Positions 23,315-36,851 of a stretch of 64,000 bases of DNA are shown here, piece after piece. Location of the stretch: positions 65,720,001-65,784,000 of the forward strand of contig NC_043006.1 in assembly GCF_006345805.1 (NCBI RefSeq), read 5' to 3'. This DNA is from Octopus sinensis. Taxonomy: Eukaryota. The notes beneath the pieces are model-generated. The model was not told the origin of the DNA. It searched no databases and saw only the letters and a program-made list of their open reading frames with translations. Each line of letters opens with the position of its first letter. The first letter of the stretch is position 1. A program made the position numbers and the translations under genes.

Positions 23315-24439
23315 GTAAGTATGTGTATGTACGTGTGTGTGTGTGTGCGCATACGTGTATTTTCAGTTTCCTTCAGTATTCCTGTCCTTTGAGCAGCAGA
23401 CATAATCTGTGAGCTTATTTTACATGTCTGGTCCTTCCTTCTCTTGAGCAGAGCCCATTCTGTGGCAAGGATTCAGACCATACTTCTGCCCTCAGAAAAA
23501 CTTAATATTCTTTTCTACTCTAGGCACAAGGCCTGAAATGTTTGGCAAGCGGGGTGCCAGTCGATTAGATTGACCCCAGCATGTAACTGGTACTTGATTT
23601 ATCGAGCCCAAAAGGATAAAAGGCAAAGTCAACCATGGCAGAATTTGAACTCAGAACATAAAGACAGACAAAATACCACAAAGTGTTTCATCCGGCGTGC
23701 TAATGTTTCTGCCAGCTCACCGCCTTAGAACATTTGAAATATTCTTTTCTACTCTAGGCACAAGGCCTGAAATTTTGGGGGAGGGTGTGCTAGTTGATTA
23801 GATCGACCCCAGTACACAACTGGTACTTAATTTATCAACCCCGAAAGGATGAAAGGCAAAGTTGGCTGAATTTAAACTCAGAATGTAAAGACACACAAAA
23901 TACCACTAAGCATTTCACTCAGCATGCTAATGTTTCTGACAGTTTACAACCTTTGCTTCCTACTATTGTAATCCAGAAGTAGTGGTTTCTTCTTCGCATT
24001 TTCCCTAACCAGTCTCAGAAACCTAAAAATAGGTCAGAGGTGCTGCTCTTTTTCATCTGATTAAACCATAAGAAACATTCAGAGCTCTTTTTCTATTATG
24101 AACAGTCATGTTGGTTCTCAAGTTACCTTGAACCCCAGATGTTCATCAGATGTATCCAGCAGGTATCAAATTAGAAACATCGTTACAGATGAGGTTAATT
24201 ACTTGAAAGATTATCTTATTAATGCTTCTTCTTAGTCATTTAAATATTCCCCTAAATATTTATCAGTCTGTTAATTCCCATCACCTCCATACATTGAATA
24301 TTAATGTGTGTCTGTATCTTTTATTACCAGAGCGTATTGATTGATACAGGTCTGTTCTCGTCTCCAGTAATGTTAAGGATTTCAAAAGTTACCCTCATCA
24401 CATATTCTAAGTGTCTTTCTTTCTTTGTGTTTGTTTCAG

Positions 24440-24577
24440 GCAACAAGAAAAAATAGCTTCAGAAAGAGAAGACATTGAAAAACAGAGAAAGCTCCTAGTA
24501 AAGAAAAAGCCTCCTAGTTCTTCAATGTTAGCAAAAAATTCCAAACATGAAAACTTTCTGAAACCAGGTGAAAAATG
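24440..24577 (+). CDS. Tlk: TLK exon 4 (QQEKIASEREDIEKQRKLLVKKKPPSSSMLAKNSKHENFLKPGEKW)
   Basis: tttcAG / GTAAGT, 138 nt, phase 2-2. Resembles TLK [25 protein letters not shown]. Confidence 0.95.
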
Positions 24578-26584
24578 GTAAGTAGGGTTTCACAAACTTT
24601 TATTCATCATCATCATAACCATCATCATCATTTAACATCCATCCATCATAGGTTGGATGGTTTGGCTGGAACTAGCAACCCAGAGGACTACACCAAGCTC
24701 CACTGTCTGTTTTGACTGAAAACCATGCCAAAACAGACAGTGGAGCTGTTTTAGCATGTTTTTTTTTATATGGCTAGATGCCTCTCCTAATGCCAAAGAG
24801 TGTACTAGATGCTTTTTACATGGCACCAACACCATTATAATAATCACAAATTTAGACTGGTTTCATTAAACAACTATTTTATTTATTGACATATTAATGT
24901 GATTTTTGGGACACAATCAATTCTATTGCATAACTTTTGCCTCAAAGTGACTCTAATTACAGGTAAATATATGTAAACCTCAAGCTGTCTTTTTTCTTGG
25001 TTTGTTTACTTTCTTTACAAAGTGAACTCACATGTTTTCACGAATGTGCTAATGAGATTTGTGCTGAAATTCACATTTAAATATCAATGGGTTCACTCGG
25101 CCTGGGTAGTCATTTGAGCAAAAAAACTTTTTGGCCGGGTTGGTATTGAAAGATTTAAGGAGCATAGGGCCGGTTTCCTGGTTTCACCCTGGACAGGACA
25201 CTGGTCTATTGTAGGATCGCTCCTTTTTGCTAGCTGAGTGGACTGGAGCAACATGAAATGAAGTGTTTTGCTCAAGAACACAACACATCACCCGGTCCAG
25301 GAATTGAAACTACAATTTTATGTTCATGAGTCCTACACCCCTAACCACTAAGCCAAGATTGTATAGTGAGATACAATAGAATGGTGTTTGCTGAGTGGTT
25401 AGAAGGTTGATCTGCACAAGTCATTGGCACCCTGCAGCCTATGTGTCTTTCTGAAAGGCATGCATGCCTAATGAGAAATTAGCTTGTTTTCTTAGTCATG
25501 TTGGCCACTCGGGCCGACCAAAATCTTGTGAGATTTGGTAGACAGAAACTGAAAGAAGCTCATTGTATATATACACTCTACTTTTAGATTAGAATAAGAC
25601 CAATAACTATCCATGCATTCTCATTCTACCTTCCTGGGACACAATAAGTAGCCACACTGAATAATGATTTTTGTAGGGCAAAAGTGTTCATTAGGTCTGC
25701 CGCAAGAATACATCCAGTGGTCATTAGGTCTGCCGCAAGAATACATCCAGTTGTCAAAATTTATTAAAACTATAGAACCTATAAACCATTATCGTCATCA
25801 TCATCATTTTAACATCCATTTTTCCATTCCTGCATGAGTCAGATGAAATATATTGAGGTTGATTTGCTGCAGCTGGATGCCCTTCCTGTCACCAACTTTC
25901 ATTTATTTCCAACTGAGGTAACATTGCCCCATGACCAGACATGTTTTTTATGGAAGACTAGAAATGAACAACACCACTTGTATGACAGTGATGTTCATTT
26001 ACAACCATCTTATGATATCAAAACAAACACATACATACTCAGTCACACACAAACACATGTGCATATGCATACAACAGGTTTCCTTCAGTTTCCATTTACC
26101 AAAATCCAATCACAAGGATTTGGTTGGCCTTGGATTATAGTAGAAGATACTTGCCTAAGGCCTCATGCATTGCAACTGAGCCTAAGACCACATTGTCAAG
26201 CAAGCTTCTTTACCCACAGTTATGCCTGTGCTTACTCATCTATAATTCAAATGTTGTAAAACCCCAAAGAAGATCTCATGCAGAACTGCTGGTTCTTATG
26301 TGGAATTGATAGATAGGAAAGTGATAGGATTTTATATTGTAATAGATTTGGTTTTCTTTTATTTTATGGAGTTAAAGTCATCTTGTGTATATGTTGTGCC
26401 ATTGCCCTATTCTATTCTACAGCATATGTCCTATGTTAGTAGCATTCTTCTTATGCTGAGTGTTCTATTAGACTATACATCAGCAGTCCTCAACCTTTTT
26501 TTTTTGTACCATGGACCAGGGAAACACGTGCATAACAAAACTCAATAAAGTACTTAAGATACAATTTAATTATTACATACATCA

Positions 26585-27150
26585 GAACTATCATCTGGTC
26601 GAGCTTGCTCGGACATTTTTAACCCACACATGCCATCTATCTTGGAGGTCTTTGGGGAGGCATCCACTGTCTCTGATGCATTGATCTGCATACATTGTGT
26701 TCAGACAACCTGCTCAAGTACAGCATCTGTTGCATCAGGTCACTTGCCAGCTCTTGTTTAGCTCAGCAGCAATATCCTGCAAAGTGCAAGTACCTTTTCT
26801 TTATCATGGTAGAAACAGACAGATATCCATGTAGCCGTTTCTTGATGAGACGAGTTCTCCGAGATATGCTTAACCCTTTGGCATTTAAACTGGATATATC
26901 AGGCCTAAATGTTTTATGTTCAAAGCAGCCAGATCTGCCCTCTTGCACCTATCCTACAATGTCATTCTAAAAATAAACAATCAGATCATCAACCTCTTGT
27001 AGACATGAGATAATGCATGATGAATTCAAAACATTTGAAGAGAAAAGCATTGCATTTGGCAGAATAGTGTGAATGCTAAAGGGTTAAGACAGCTCTTCAC
27101 ATTTTGTTTGGATTCCAGTTTTTTTGGTAAGTGTTCAGAGTGTTGCTTCA
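26585..27150 (-). mobile_element. RTE/RTEX-like LINE C-terminal fragment, split by a MITE
   Basis: With the MITE removed: KKLESK...RAVLSISRRTRLIKKRLHGYLSVSTMIKKRYLHFAGYCC*AKQELASDL...DLQDRWHVWVKNVRASSTR**. Confidence 0.8.
26874..27083. mobile_element. piggyBac-like MITE, 210 bp
   Basis: TTAA-CCCTTTGGCATT...AATGCTAAAGGG-TTAA. Removing it and one TTAA restores the LINE frame. Confidence 0.9.
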
Positions 27151-28346
27151 TAATAAATATATAAAATAATATATTATGTATATAATATATATATATAGAT
27201 AACGCAAAAACACCCTGCAGACTGCGATAGTCAATAAAATAAATATAATTTTTTAATTCTTTCTGTGCAGCCCGGTACCAAATGATCCACACCCTGATAC
27301 CGGTCTGGCCCAGTGGTTAGGGCCCCTTGCGCAACAGTATTCATGCTATGTTTTGGTGTTGTCATGTTATACTCTGTAGTACACAACCTGTGTTGTCCTA
27401 TTATAAGCTGTATTTATTCATCGATTGCTTTTAATATATTTCAATAAGTGAGAATTTGATAATGATATGACAATTGTACTTTCACTTAAGCTTCAGGGGT
27501 CTGGCTTATATAGATTAACTTCAGGTATTTTTAGTCTTGCAAACTGTTTGGCAACCTGTCTAATGTTGATAGCACGCTGTAAAGAAGTTGGTATTAGGAA
27601 GGGTATATACAGCCCTAGAAAGCATGCCAAAGTAGGTACTGGAACAGAATTCAGTCCTTCGGTCTTCCGTATCCTGTCAAACCATCTAACCCATACTAGC
27701 ACACAACACTGCTATTAAATGATAATGATGTTGTAAACTATTGGTTTAGTTATACAAAGAGGCTTGTTTCTAAGTTGTTTTGCTTTGTCAGACACTGGTA
27801 GGGTGAGATCTCCATCATCTGCTGTGATTCAATCTTCGAATATAAAATTGTACAATATTCAGAGTATAAATCTATTTGCTTTAACTGATACCTTAACTGT
27901 TAGCAGTCAGATTTCTCTGTCTTGGCTTATCTTCTAACTTTGAGATTTTGTTGATGTGATTATTTGTCTCTAGCAAGACATTGTAGGATAGGCCAGTTTG
28001 AGCATAAAACAGGATAGGGTATTTGGGCCAGGAGTGGCCTGTTGAAATGCTAAAGGACTAAAAGGACTAATCTCTCTGTAATAGTATAACTTCCCTGTGT
28101 GATCTGCCTGAATCTTTGTTGAGACTTAGTTCTTCCAATCGATTGCATCATACAAACTCTGTAATGTATTCTCCTCTGTTCGTCTGTTACTGACAACTGG
28201 TTGGAGTTGGAGGGTTGGGCAGAAGGCAGCTGAATATAACTTTTCATTGCCATCTGGTTGCCAAGGTGACTATTGCCCATGGCAGTCATTCTGTCTTATG
28301 ATGGTTCCTCACTCGAGAAACATTACTTGGTTCTATTATATTATGA

Positions 28347-28352
28347 TTATTC

Positions 28353-28383
<31 letters not shown>

Positions 28384-28417
28384 CCTCTCCTCTCTCTCTC
28401 TCTCTCCTCTCTCTCTC

Positions 28418-28486
<69 letters not shown>
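28347..28486. repeat. (CT)n polypyrimidine microsatellite (also 36757-36850)
   Basis: Directly visible. Confidence 0.99.
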
Positions 28487-28488
<2 letters not shown>

Positions 28489-29761
28489 CTCTCCAGAATC
28501 AGTTGAGCATCAGACAAAATACCTTGTGGTTTCTAGTTATGTCTGCTTGCATACTACTTTCAAATCCCTGCTCAGTTTCATCTTTCTTCCTTTCGAAATC
28601 ATTGTCATTGTCATTATTTAACACCCCTTTTTCCATGCTGGCATGGGTTAGACAGTTTGACAAGAACCAACAAACCAGAAGCCTGCTCCAGGCTCCAGTT
28701 GTCTGTTTTGCCATAGTTCCCACAGCTGTTTGCCTTTCCTAATGCCAACCACTTCACTGAATGTGAGTGCTTTTTTTTTTTTTTCATGCAACTATATCTT
28801 GAAATATATATTTACATTTCTAAGGCAGCTTAGACAGCCAACATATTAGAACACTGGACCATATATATGTGTTACCATCATTTAGATTTGTTCTTCTTAG
28901 GTCTCTGTTCATGCTTTGCTCATGTTATCTGACCTTTCTTCACTCCATGGGTCAATGAACTATGCACACAAAGATGGCTGTGTGGTTAGGAAATTTACTT
29001 CCTAACCATGTGGTTCTAGGTTTGAGCCCCTGTGCAACACCTTGAGCATGGATCTTCCTGGTTGACCAATATCTTGTGACTAAGATTTTTAGATGAAGAC
29101 TATGTGGACACCTGTTACACACAGACACATAACATATGTGTGTGTGTGTATGGATTAAAACAGTTTGATTCAAATTCGTTGGTACTCTTGAGTTTCAAGC
29201 ACAATGCTAATCGTCAGTCATACACATACACACACATGTGTAATATATATGGATACATGCAATATATAATCAATATTAGCATGTTCCATGTGTGGACATA
29301 GTTTTTTTACTGTTTTACATACTTGTAGGAAATTCATTATCATCTTGGTAAGCCTTAGCATACATCAGCAAATGTGTTGTTTGCTGAATCTTATAGTTAG
29401 TGTCAGCTGTTCTTCTCTGGTTCCAGTGTGTCCACTGAGGAGATACAACCACAGTGAAACACCAGTGTCTAATAGTCAGCTGATGTTATTGGAGGAAGTA
29501 TTGTTTATAGAGCGAAATCATTCTCATGTTAAAATCCAACAGCATTTTGCAATGTTCACACCCAGTCTGCCAGAATATATTAATCATGGATAGGTACATC
29601 ATTGATTTGATTTTTTTTTTTGTGTGTGTGTGCTTATAATAACTACATATATTTTGCAAAAATTTGGTACATTCTATCTAATGTAGGCATGCTTGATGTA
29701 GATACTTCAATATTTTCTGTTTGACTATATTTTTCTGTTTCTCATTTGTGATGTTTTCCAG

Positions 29762-29926
29762 GTTGACGCTGGTGGAATATTATGAACAAGATGAAATCCT
29801 CAAATTACGACAGGCAGCATTAAAGAAAGAAGATGCAGATTTACAGCTGGAATTAGAGAAGTTGGAGAGGGAAAGAAATTTGCATATACGAGAGCTGAAA
29901 CGGATACACAATGAAGATAATTCTAG
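29762..29926 (+). CDS. Tlk: TLK exon 5 ([55 protein letters not shown])
   Basis: ttccAG / GTACCA, 165 nt, phase 2-2. Near-invariant [20 protein letters not shown] motif. Confidence 0.98.
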
Positions 29927-31269
29927 GTACCATCTCCATAGAGTCTGAAACTAGTCAGTATGTGTGTGTGTGTGTGTGTGTCAATGTCTTGTGCTGTTCG
30001 GTCCTACCATGGACAAATATATTCTACTATAACCATGTCTAACCAAAGTCTTGTAAGTGGATTGGCTGGACAGAAACTGAAAGAAGCCTATTGTGTGTGT
30101 GTGTGTGTGTGTAAATGTTTTGTGCTGTTCGGTTAAATTGTGTGGCACGTTAGGCAAGCGTCTTCTACTATGGCTTTTGGCTGACCAAAGCCTTGTGAGT
30201 GGATTTGGTAGACAGAAACTGGAAGAAGTCCATTGTATATATGTATGTGTGTGTGTCTTTGTGTCCATGTTTGTCTCCCATCACCACTTGACAACTGGTG
30301 TTGGTGTGTTAACATCCCTGTAGCTTAGTAGTTTTGATAGAAATGACCAATAGAAAAACTATCAGACTTCAAAAAAAAAAAAAACAGTTTTTAATAAGTA
30401 CTGGGGTCAAGTCATTTGACTAAAAATTCTTCATGCTGGTGCCCCCGCATGGCCGCAGTCTAATGGCTGAAACAGGTAAAATAATAAAAGAATATCACCA
30501 TCATTTCATATCTGTCTTCCATGTTGGCATGGGTTGGACGGTTTACACAAGATCCAACAAGTCACAAGAACCTATTTTATTCCAGTGTCTTATATATGGT
30601 TGGCCCTTTCGATTGTTGATTGACAGTATTGCACAGACTGTAAATTAACCATCTCTGCTGTTTCCAGAAGCATGGGCCTAACTCCAAGGATACTTACCAC
30701 CTCTCCACTCATGAATACACCACAAAGGAAAGACAAGTCAATTCTGGAGCCACAGGGGATGTCAGATATTGGTTAAATATAATTGTACCTTTCTGTTTTT
30801 GGGTCCCTCCCTTCAGATTTTCTGTAGAGACTTACTCGCTTAGCCTCTTATAAATGCTTAATAAATTATTCCCCCAAGGCAGCAAGGGTTTATTATTTTA
30901 ATGGGCACAATTTGTGCAGAACCTGTGCCAGTCTGTCATTCAAATGTTTAGTGATCTGATGCAACAAGTCCAATAGTCAACTGGATTCAGGATTTGTATG
31001 GAGTTAACTTTCTCTTAGATGAATGGATAAAGAGCTGAAGGGCCTCATCTACCTTGGATCCATTGTGGTGTCTATGAGTAAACTTCTTGAGGATGTGTGT
31101 GTGTGCACGTGTGTAGGTGTGATATCTTGCAAAGGATTGTTGTAGAAATTGGTCTTTCCGAAGCTTAATGCATGTGGCCTTCATGTCTCCCTATCAAGAG
31201 AGAGTGGTTGTCATCATACAACAGAACTGAAAGGGGTTCTATCTTCCTTCAGGTTTACTAAAAAAAACT

Positions 31270-31570
31270 GTGACCCAGCTCTTGTTGCTGTGTGGTGGCT
31301 TTGTATGTGTCAGTGACCCTGACAGCTATGCCAGCAGAACCTCCCTTGCTGGACTGGTCAAACAACAGAGGCCAGATTAATAGGGACCACCTCTTCTTCC
31401 CAGAGATAAAAATGAGTGTTTGTAGAGCCAACACGCCTACATAGAAAAAACCCAACAAAGTTACAGGATTATCAAACAACAGTTGGAAACCAGCAAGACC
31501 TGGTAGAGGAAGGCCTTCCTTCAGGGATGGTTGACAGGGGAAAAAAGTTGTCAATGGTCTATGCTCTGTA
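31270..31570 (+). mobile_element. Possible internally deleted RTE-like element (5'UTR-like plus 3'-end-like parts)
   Basis: gtgtcagtgaccctgacagctatgcc...ggactggtcaaa... and ...gttgtcaatggtctatgctctgtagg resemble RTE termini from memory. No protein support. Confidence 0.35.
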
Positions 31571-32088
31571 GGAAATGAAATAACAGATGCAGGCATGGCT
31601 GTGTGGTAAGAAGCTTCCTTCCCACTACTTGGTTCCAGGTTCAGTCCCACTTGGGCAAGTGTTTTCTATTTTAGCCCCAGGCAAACCAAAGCCATATGAG
31701 TGAATTTGGTAGATGGAAACTGAAGGAAACCTGTCATGTGTGTGTGTCTTTATGTCTATGTTTGTTTCCTACCACTGCTTGACAACTGGTGTTGGTGTGT
31801 TTATGTCCCCGTTTCTTAGCAGTTCAGCAAAAGAGACCAACAGAATAAGTACCTGGCTTAAAAAGGGTAAAACAAAAAAAAAAAAAACGAAACAAGTCCT
31901 GGGGTCGAATTATTCAACTTAAAATTTTCCAAGGCGATGCCCCAGCATGGTCGCAGTTTGATGACTGAAACAAGCAAAAGATAAAAGAAGAAATGTCAGT
32001 TGAGGTTGTGGCAACATGGTAAAAGTTCTATGATTCTTTAGGACAAAAACGCATTTGGTAAAGCAGAAATAAACAAGAATAAGGAATA

Positions 32089-32277
32089 CGGTAATCCCTC
32101 GACTATCACAGGTGATACATCCTAAACAACCACCTGCGAAATAGAAACATTACTGTATATTTTTATAATTTGTATATATTTATTTAATTATAAATGCCAA
32201 ATAACACCACGGAGGAATCGGTGTAGGTTAACTAATAAACCACGATAGGTGAACTGCGATATAGCAAGGAATTACTG
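32089..32277. mobile_element. pogo/Tigger-like MITE, ~190 bp (second copy 46909-47090; half copy 14672-14757)
   Basis: TA-C(G/A)GTAATCCCTCG...GCAAGGAATTACTG-TA. Imperfect TIRs with a TA TSD. Confidence 0.8.
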
Positions 32278-34356
32278 TATTCATGAAGAAGGATTTCATA
32301 AACTGTATTTATTGTAAACGAATGCAAGACAACATTTCTGGTTGTCATGATATACAGAATTAGACTCTTTTAATTTCCCATCCATCTCTCGGTTATTGAA
32401 CATTTACCTATCATCTTTTACTTGTTTCAGTCATTAGGCTGTGGCCACACCAGGGCACTATGTTGAAGTACTTGTTTTTAAATCTGGTACTTATCCTGTC
32501 GACCGTCTTTTGCTGAACTGCCAAGTTACAGGGATGCAAAGAAACCAACACCGGTTGTCAAGCAATCAGAAACACACACACACACACACACCATGAGCTC
32601 CACACAGTTTTGGTCTTCCAAAATTTTGGCCCTATGTTATAGAAGAAGACACTTCCCAAGGTGCTGCACAGTAGGACTGAACCTGAAACTCAGTGGTTGC
32701 AAAGGAAGCTTCTTAACCACACAACCATGCTTGCATCTTATATCATCATTATCATTGTTTAATGTCTGCTTTCTGTGCTGGCATGGGTTGGACATTTTGA
32801 CTGAGGTCTGGAGAGCCAGGAGGCTGCACCAGGCTCCAATCTGATCTGGCAAGGTTTCTACAGCTGGATGCCCTTCCTAATGCCAATCACTCCAAGAGTG
32901 TAATGGGTACTTTTTATGTGCCACCAGCACGAGGGCCAGTCAGGTGGCACTGGCATCAACTATGCTTGAATAGTGCTTTTTGCATGTCACTGGCATGGGA
33001 GCCAGTCAGGCGGCACTGGCATCAACCAAGCTGCTTGAATGGTATTTTTTATGTGCTGCCGGCACGGGAACCAGTCAGGCACCATGTATATATATATAGT
33101 TTATATTCATTTAAAAGAAGAAAAGAAAATGGAGATTAGGAAGTTAATAATAGTTTATTATTAACAGCAAATTGGTCATCTTCACTTACAGCCGTTTCTA
33201 TTAATACTCTATAAGCATTAAATTTACATTAATGTGACATGAGCACAATATCATCAGAGGAAAAAAGATATACATTTGCATGTTATACATGTGCTTATGA
33301 ATCCATTTTAGCAGAATTCATTATATATATATAGATAGATAGATAGATATATGATGTAACTACACACTTGCTGTTGACAATTCTTTTTCCTTCTTTGGAC
33401 TTTTCCTTTTCTCTCTTCTGATAAAGAGCTTTGCTCAAAATGTCAAGATCTCTCTCTTTTTACTAATATATTCTTTGTGAACATCCTCTCATCGTCTGTT
33501 ATTGTTAATTTTATTTTTCATTTATTTGAATTGACCATATATATATATATATTCTGTATGCATCCTTCAAAAGAAAAATGATTACCTAAGTTCCAAAAGC
33601 TCATAATTAACTCTGAAGAAGTCCTACCCCCATATAGTTAGAATACGATACCTTTCTTAGCATTTAACTAAATGCTTAGAACTTCTGATCAACGAGGTGA
33701 TAGGACTGAAGCATATATGTAGGTTCCTTTATTTTTTGAACTTTAGAACTTGTAATTTATTTGTACTGTTATGTTTTTTATAAGAAATTTTCATCATTTT
33801 AAAACATTCAAATAAATTATTTATATGTCCATTTTTTTTTTCTCCATTTTCTTTTTCCTTCAATATTGATAATACATCAGTTTCATATTATATGATAGGA
33901 ATTAGCCAGTAGAATACCTTGGATTATATCCCTAATGAGGATATAGCTTCCTTGAATTAACTATATATATATATGTGCTTTAGTCTCTTTTGATGCCAAC
34001 CCACCTGAAACTGCCCTTGGTTCTGTAAAGCAAACTCTCTATTTTAAAAAGATTATCATCAAAGTTGGAAAAACTCCTCCATCAAAATTCCATGCTAATT
34101 TATGTTCTAAGCACCAGCTTAATAATGACAAAGTTAATTTATGAAATTTATGTTTTTAAAATTAATTGAGACATGGCAGTGAGTGTCAACAGAAATATGG
34201 TAATAATAATGTTGACTAAATGACTTCTGTTGTATGATTACTTCGTTAACTCAGATATTCACTTGAAAGTTAATATGATTCCTCTTCCTCAGTATCGTTT
34301 ATTTTGTTAGCTTGACTAATGAGTTATTAAATTTATTGCTCCAACATGTTTTTCAG

Positions 34357-34438
34357 ATTTAAAGATCATCCCATATTGAATGAAAGGTATTTGCTGCTGT
34401 GTTTGTTAGGAAAAGGTGGTTTTAGTGAGGTACATAAG
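34357..34438 (+). CDS. Tlk: TLK exon 6, kinase Gly-rich loop ([27 protein letters not shown])
   Basis: tttcAG / GTAAGT, 82 nt, phase 2-0. GxGGFS loop. Confidence 0.98.
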
Positions 34439-36751
34439 GTAAGTATCTTGGACAATGTGTTTGAAACAATATTTGTTGTTTAGGGAACAAGTCATACACA
34501 CAACAAAGTCTCCAAGACACACATACACACACACACACACAACTCCCCTTGTGATATATATATATATACATATCATTGTCATTGTTTAACTTCTGCTTTC
34601 CATGCTGGCATGGGTTGGACAGTTTAAGGACTGGCGAGCCAGGCGGCTGCCCCTGGCTCCAATTTGTTCTGGCAAGGTTTCTACACCTGGATGCTCTTCC
34701 TAACACCAACCACTCCAAGGGTGTAGTGAGTGCTTTTTACATATCATCATCATCATTTAACATCTGTTGTCCATGCTCTTATTAGTTGGACTGTTTGACC
34801 AGGGCTGGCAAGATGTAAGGCTGCACCAAACTCCAGTCCAATTTGGCATGGTTTCTTTGGCTGGATGCCCTTCATAATGCCATATTTATATGGTGACACG
34901 TGAAAGCACCCATGCCAGTGACATGTAAAAGGCACCCACTACACTCTCAGAGTGGTTGGCATTAAGAAGGGCATCAAGATGTAGAAACCATGCCACAACA
35001 GACAATTAGAGCTGGGTGCAGCTTACTAGTTCCAGTCAAGCTGTCTAACCCATGCCAGCATGGAAAGCAGATGTTAAATGATGATGATGATGATGGAATC
35101 TGGTATAACTCCCATCAAACCATCCAACCCATGCTTGCGTGGGTCGGAGTTTGTTGAAGCAGATTTTCTATGGCCAGATGCCCTTCCTGTTACCAATCCT
35201 CACCTGTTTCCTAGCAAGGTAATATTTCCCCATGGCCAGACATGTTTTTGCAGAGTATTTGAATTGAGTGACACTACTTCTATGACAGTGATACTCATTT
35301 ACAACTGTTATGCGATGCCAACAAAAAAATAGACACAAACATATAACCACGCGCACATACATCACTACCACTGCATCGACCAAAATATCAGCTATCGTGA
35401 TACACCACTGGACACAGTGTGCCTCTTTGCATTGTTGTAGCTGTTAAATGATGACACCCCACTGGCTAAGCAGGCAAGTAGGCCAACATTCCCGTAGATG
35501 GGACATCAGTCCATCTCAGTGTGACCCATTTACACATGAGCAGACTGAGGCAATGTGAAATGAAGTGTTTTGCTCAAGAACGCAATGTGCTGCCTGGACT
35601 GGGAATTGAAACCGCCATCTTGCAATAGTGAGTGCAACATTCTAACCACTATCTCTATCTAGGTTGTCCCTCAGGATGCCCCAAGACTGTTTCCTCACGT
35701 TTTCCCCCACTCTCGATCTTCCATATAATGGTCCTCAGTTCCTGTACCCCTTCCATATCAGTATCCTCCAGCAAGTTGTCTAACCACTAGGCTTTTTTTA
35801 TTCTCTACCAGTTCCACTCTCAAGGCTTTTGTCAACTTGGGTCTGTCGTAGAAGATATTTGATCAAGATGCCATGCAGTGGGATTGAACCCAAAAACTAT
35901 AAAAATATGAGGTCTGTGGGAATTAGTTGTCTATGTTCATGTATAAGCTTACCTTGCACCTATGAAAAACAACATTTGTTGTTGTTTGGGAAAAGAATGA
36001 TCATCATCGTTTAACGTCCACTTTCCATGCTGGCATGGGTTGGACAGTTTGATTGAGGGCTGGCATGCCAAAAGGCTGCCCCAGGCTCCAATTTGATCTG
36101 GCAAAGTTTCTACAGCTGGATGCCCTCAGATTGGCAAAATGATCAGAGTGGCAAACCAAACTGCTACTTTGAGGTAAGTAGTTATGTTACTTGAGACTCT
36201 GAGATAAAGTTGTGGCATGGTCAACCTTTCATCTCAAAATAAAGTACCAGTTAAATACTGGGGTTATGTCTCCTCATATTGTAGTAATTCATTAAGGAGT
36301 TCGTTATGTGAATTAAACTAAAGCTAAAATACACCTTATTTTTTTACTACTTTTATGATTTTGTTTATGAATTGAAGTAGTAACTGACCTGTTGTGGCCA
36401 GAATTCATTTCAGCAATAAAGAGTATCCCCTCCTTCGTTAGCACTGTCATTAATTCCATAACCCTCTAATCAGGGTTGTCTTAGCAACATTATAGGCCCC
36501 AAGACCAATCAATAGTCTGGGCCCTATAGTATTTATGTATTGACAGCAACCCCACAGCATAAAAGAAATCAGAATTGGGCCCCTATACCTGTGAAGCCTC
36601 AGGCAAAAGCCTAGTGTGCCCCTGCCCTAAGGCAGTGCTACCTCTAATATCCCATGAGGATTCAGCCCAGTATCTTAATCACACAACCATTTCACCTGAA
36701 CATGCTTTTTGTTACATTGGCCCTTTATTGATTCAAATTTCCCTTGAGTAT

Positions 36752-36851
<100 letters not shown>

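Larger units (their letters stand above)
26481..27329. mobile_element. hAT/Charlie-like non-autonomous element containing nested inserts
   Basis: Left end CAGCAGTCCTCAACC; right end gcccggtacc...ccggtctggcccagtGGTTAGGGCCCCTTG. No clear TSD. Confidence 0.6.

Noticed and set aside
24564-24577. Alternative donor CCAG|GTGAAA within exon 4
   Set aside because: It would be phase 1, incompatible with the phase-2 exon 5. The downstream GTAAGT fits.
28050-28289. 79-aa minus ORF in unique-looking sequence
   Set aside because: No recognisable motif in any frame. Possibly an old transposon remnant, but I could not support a call.
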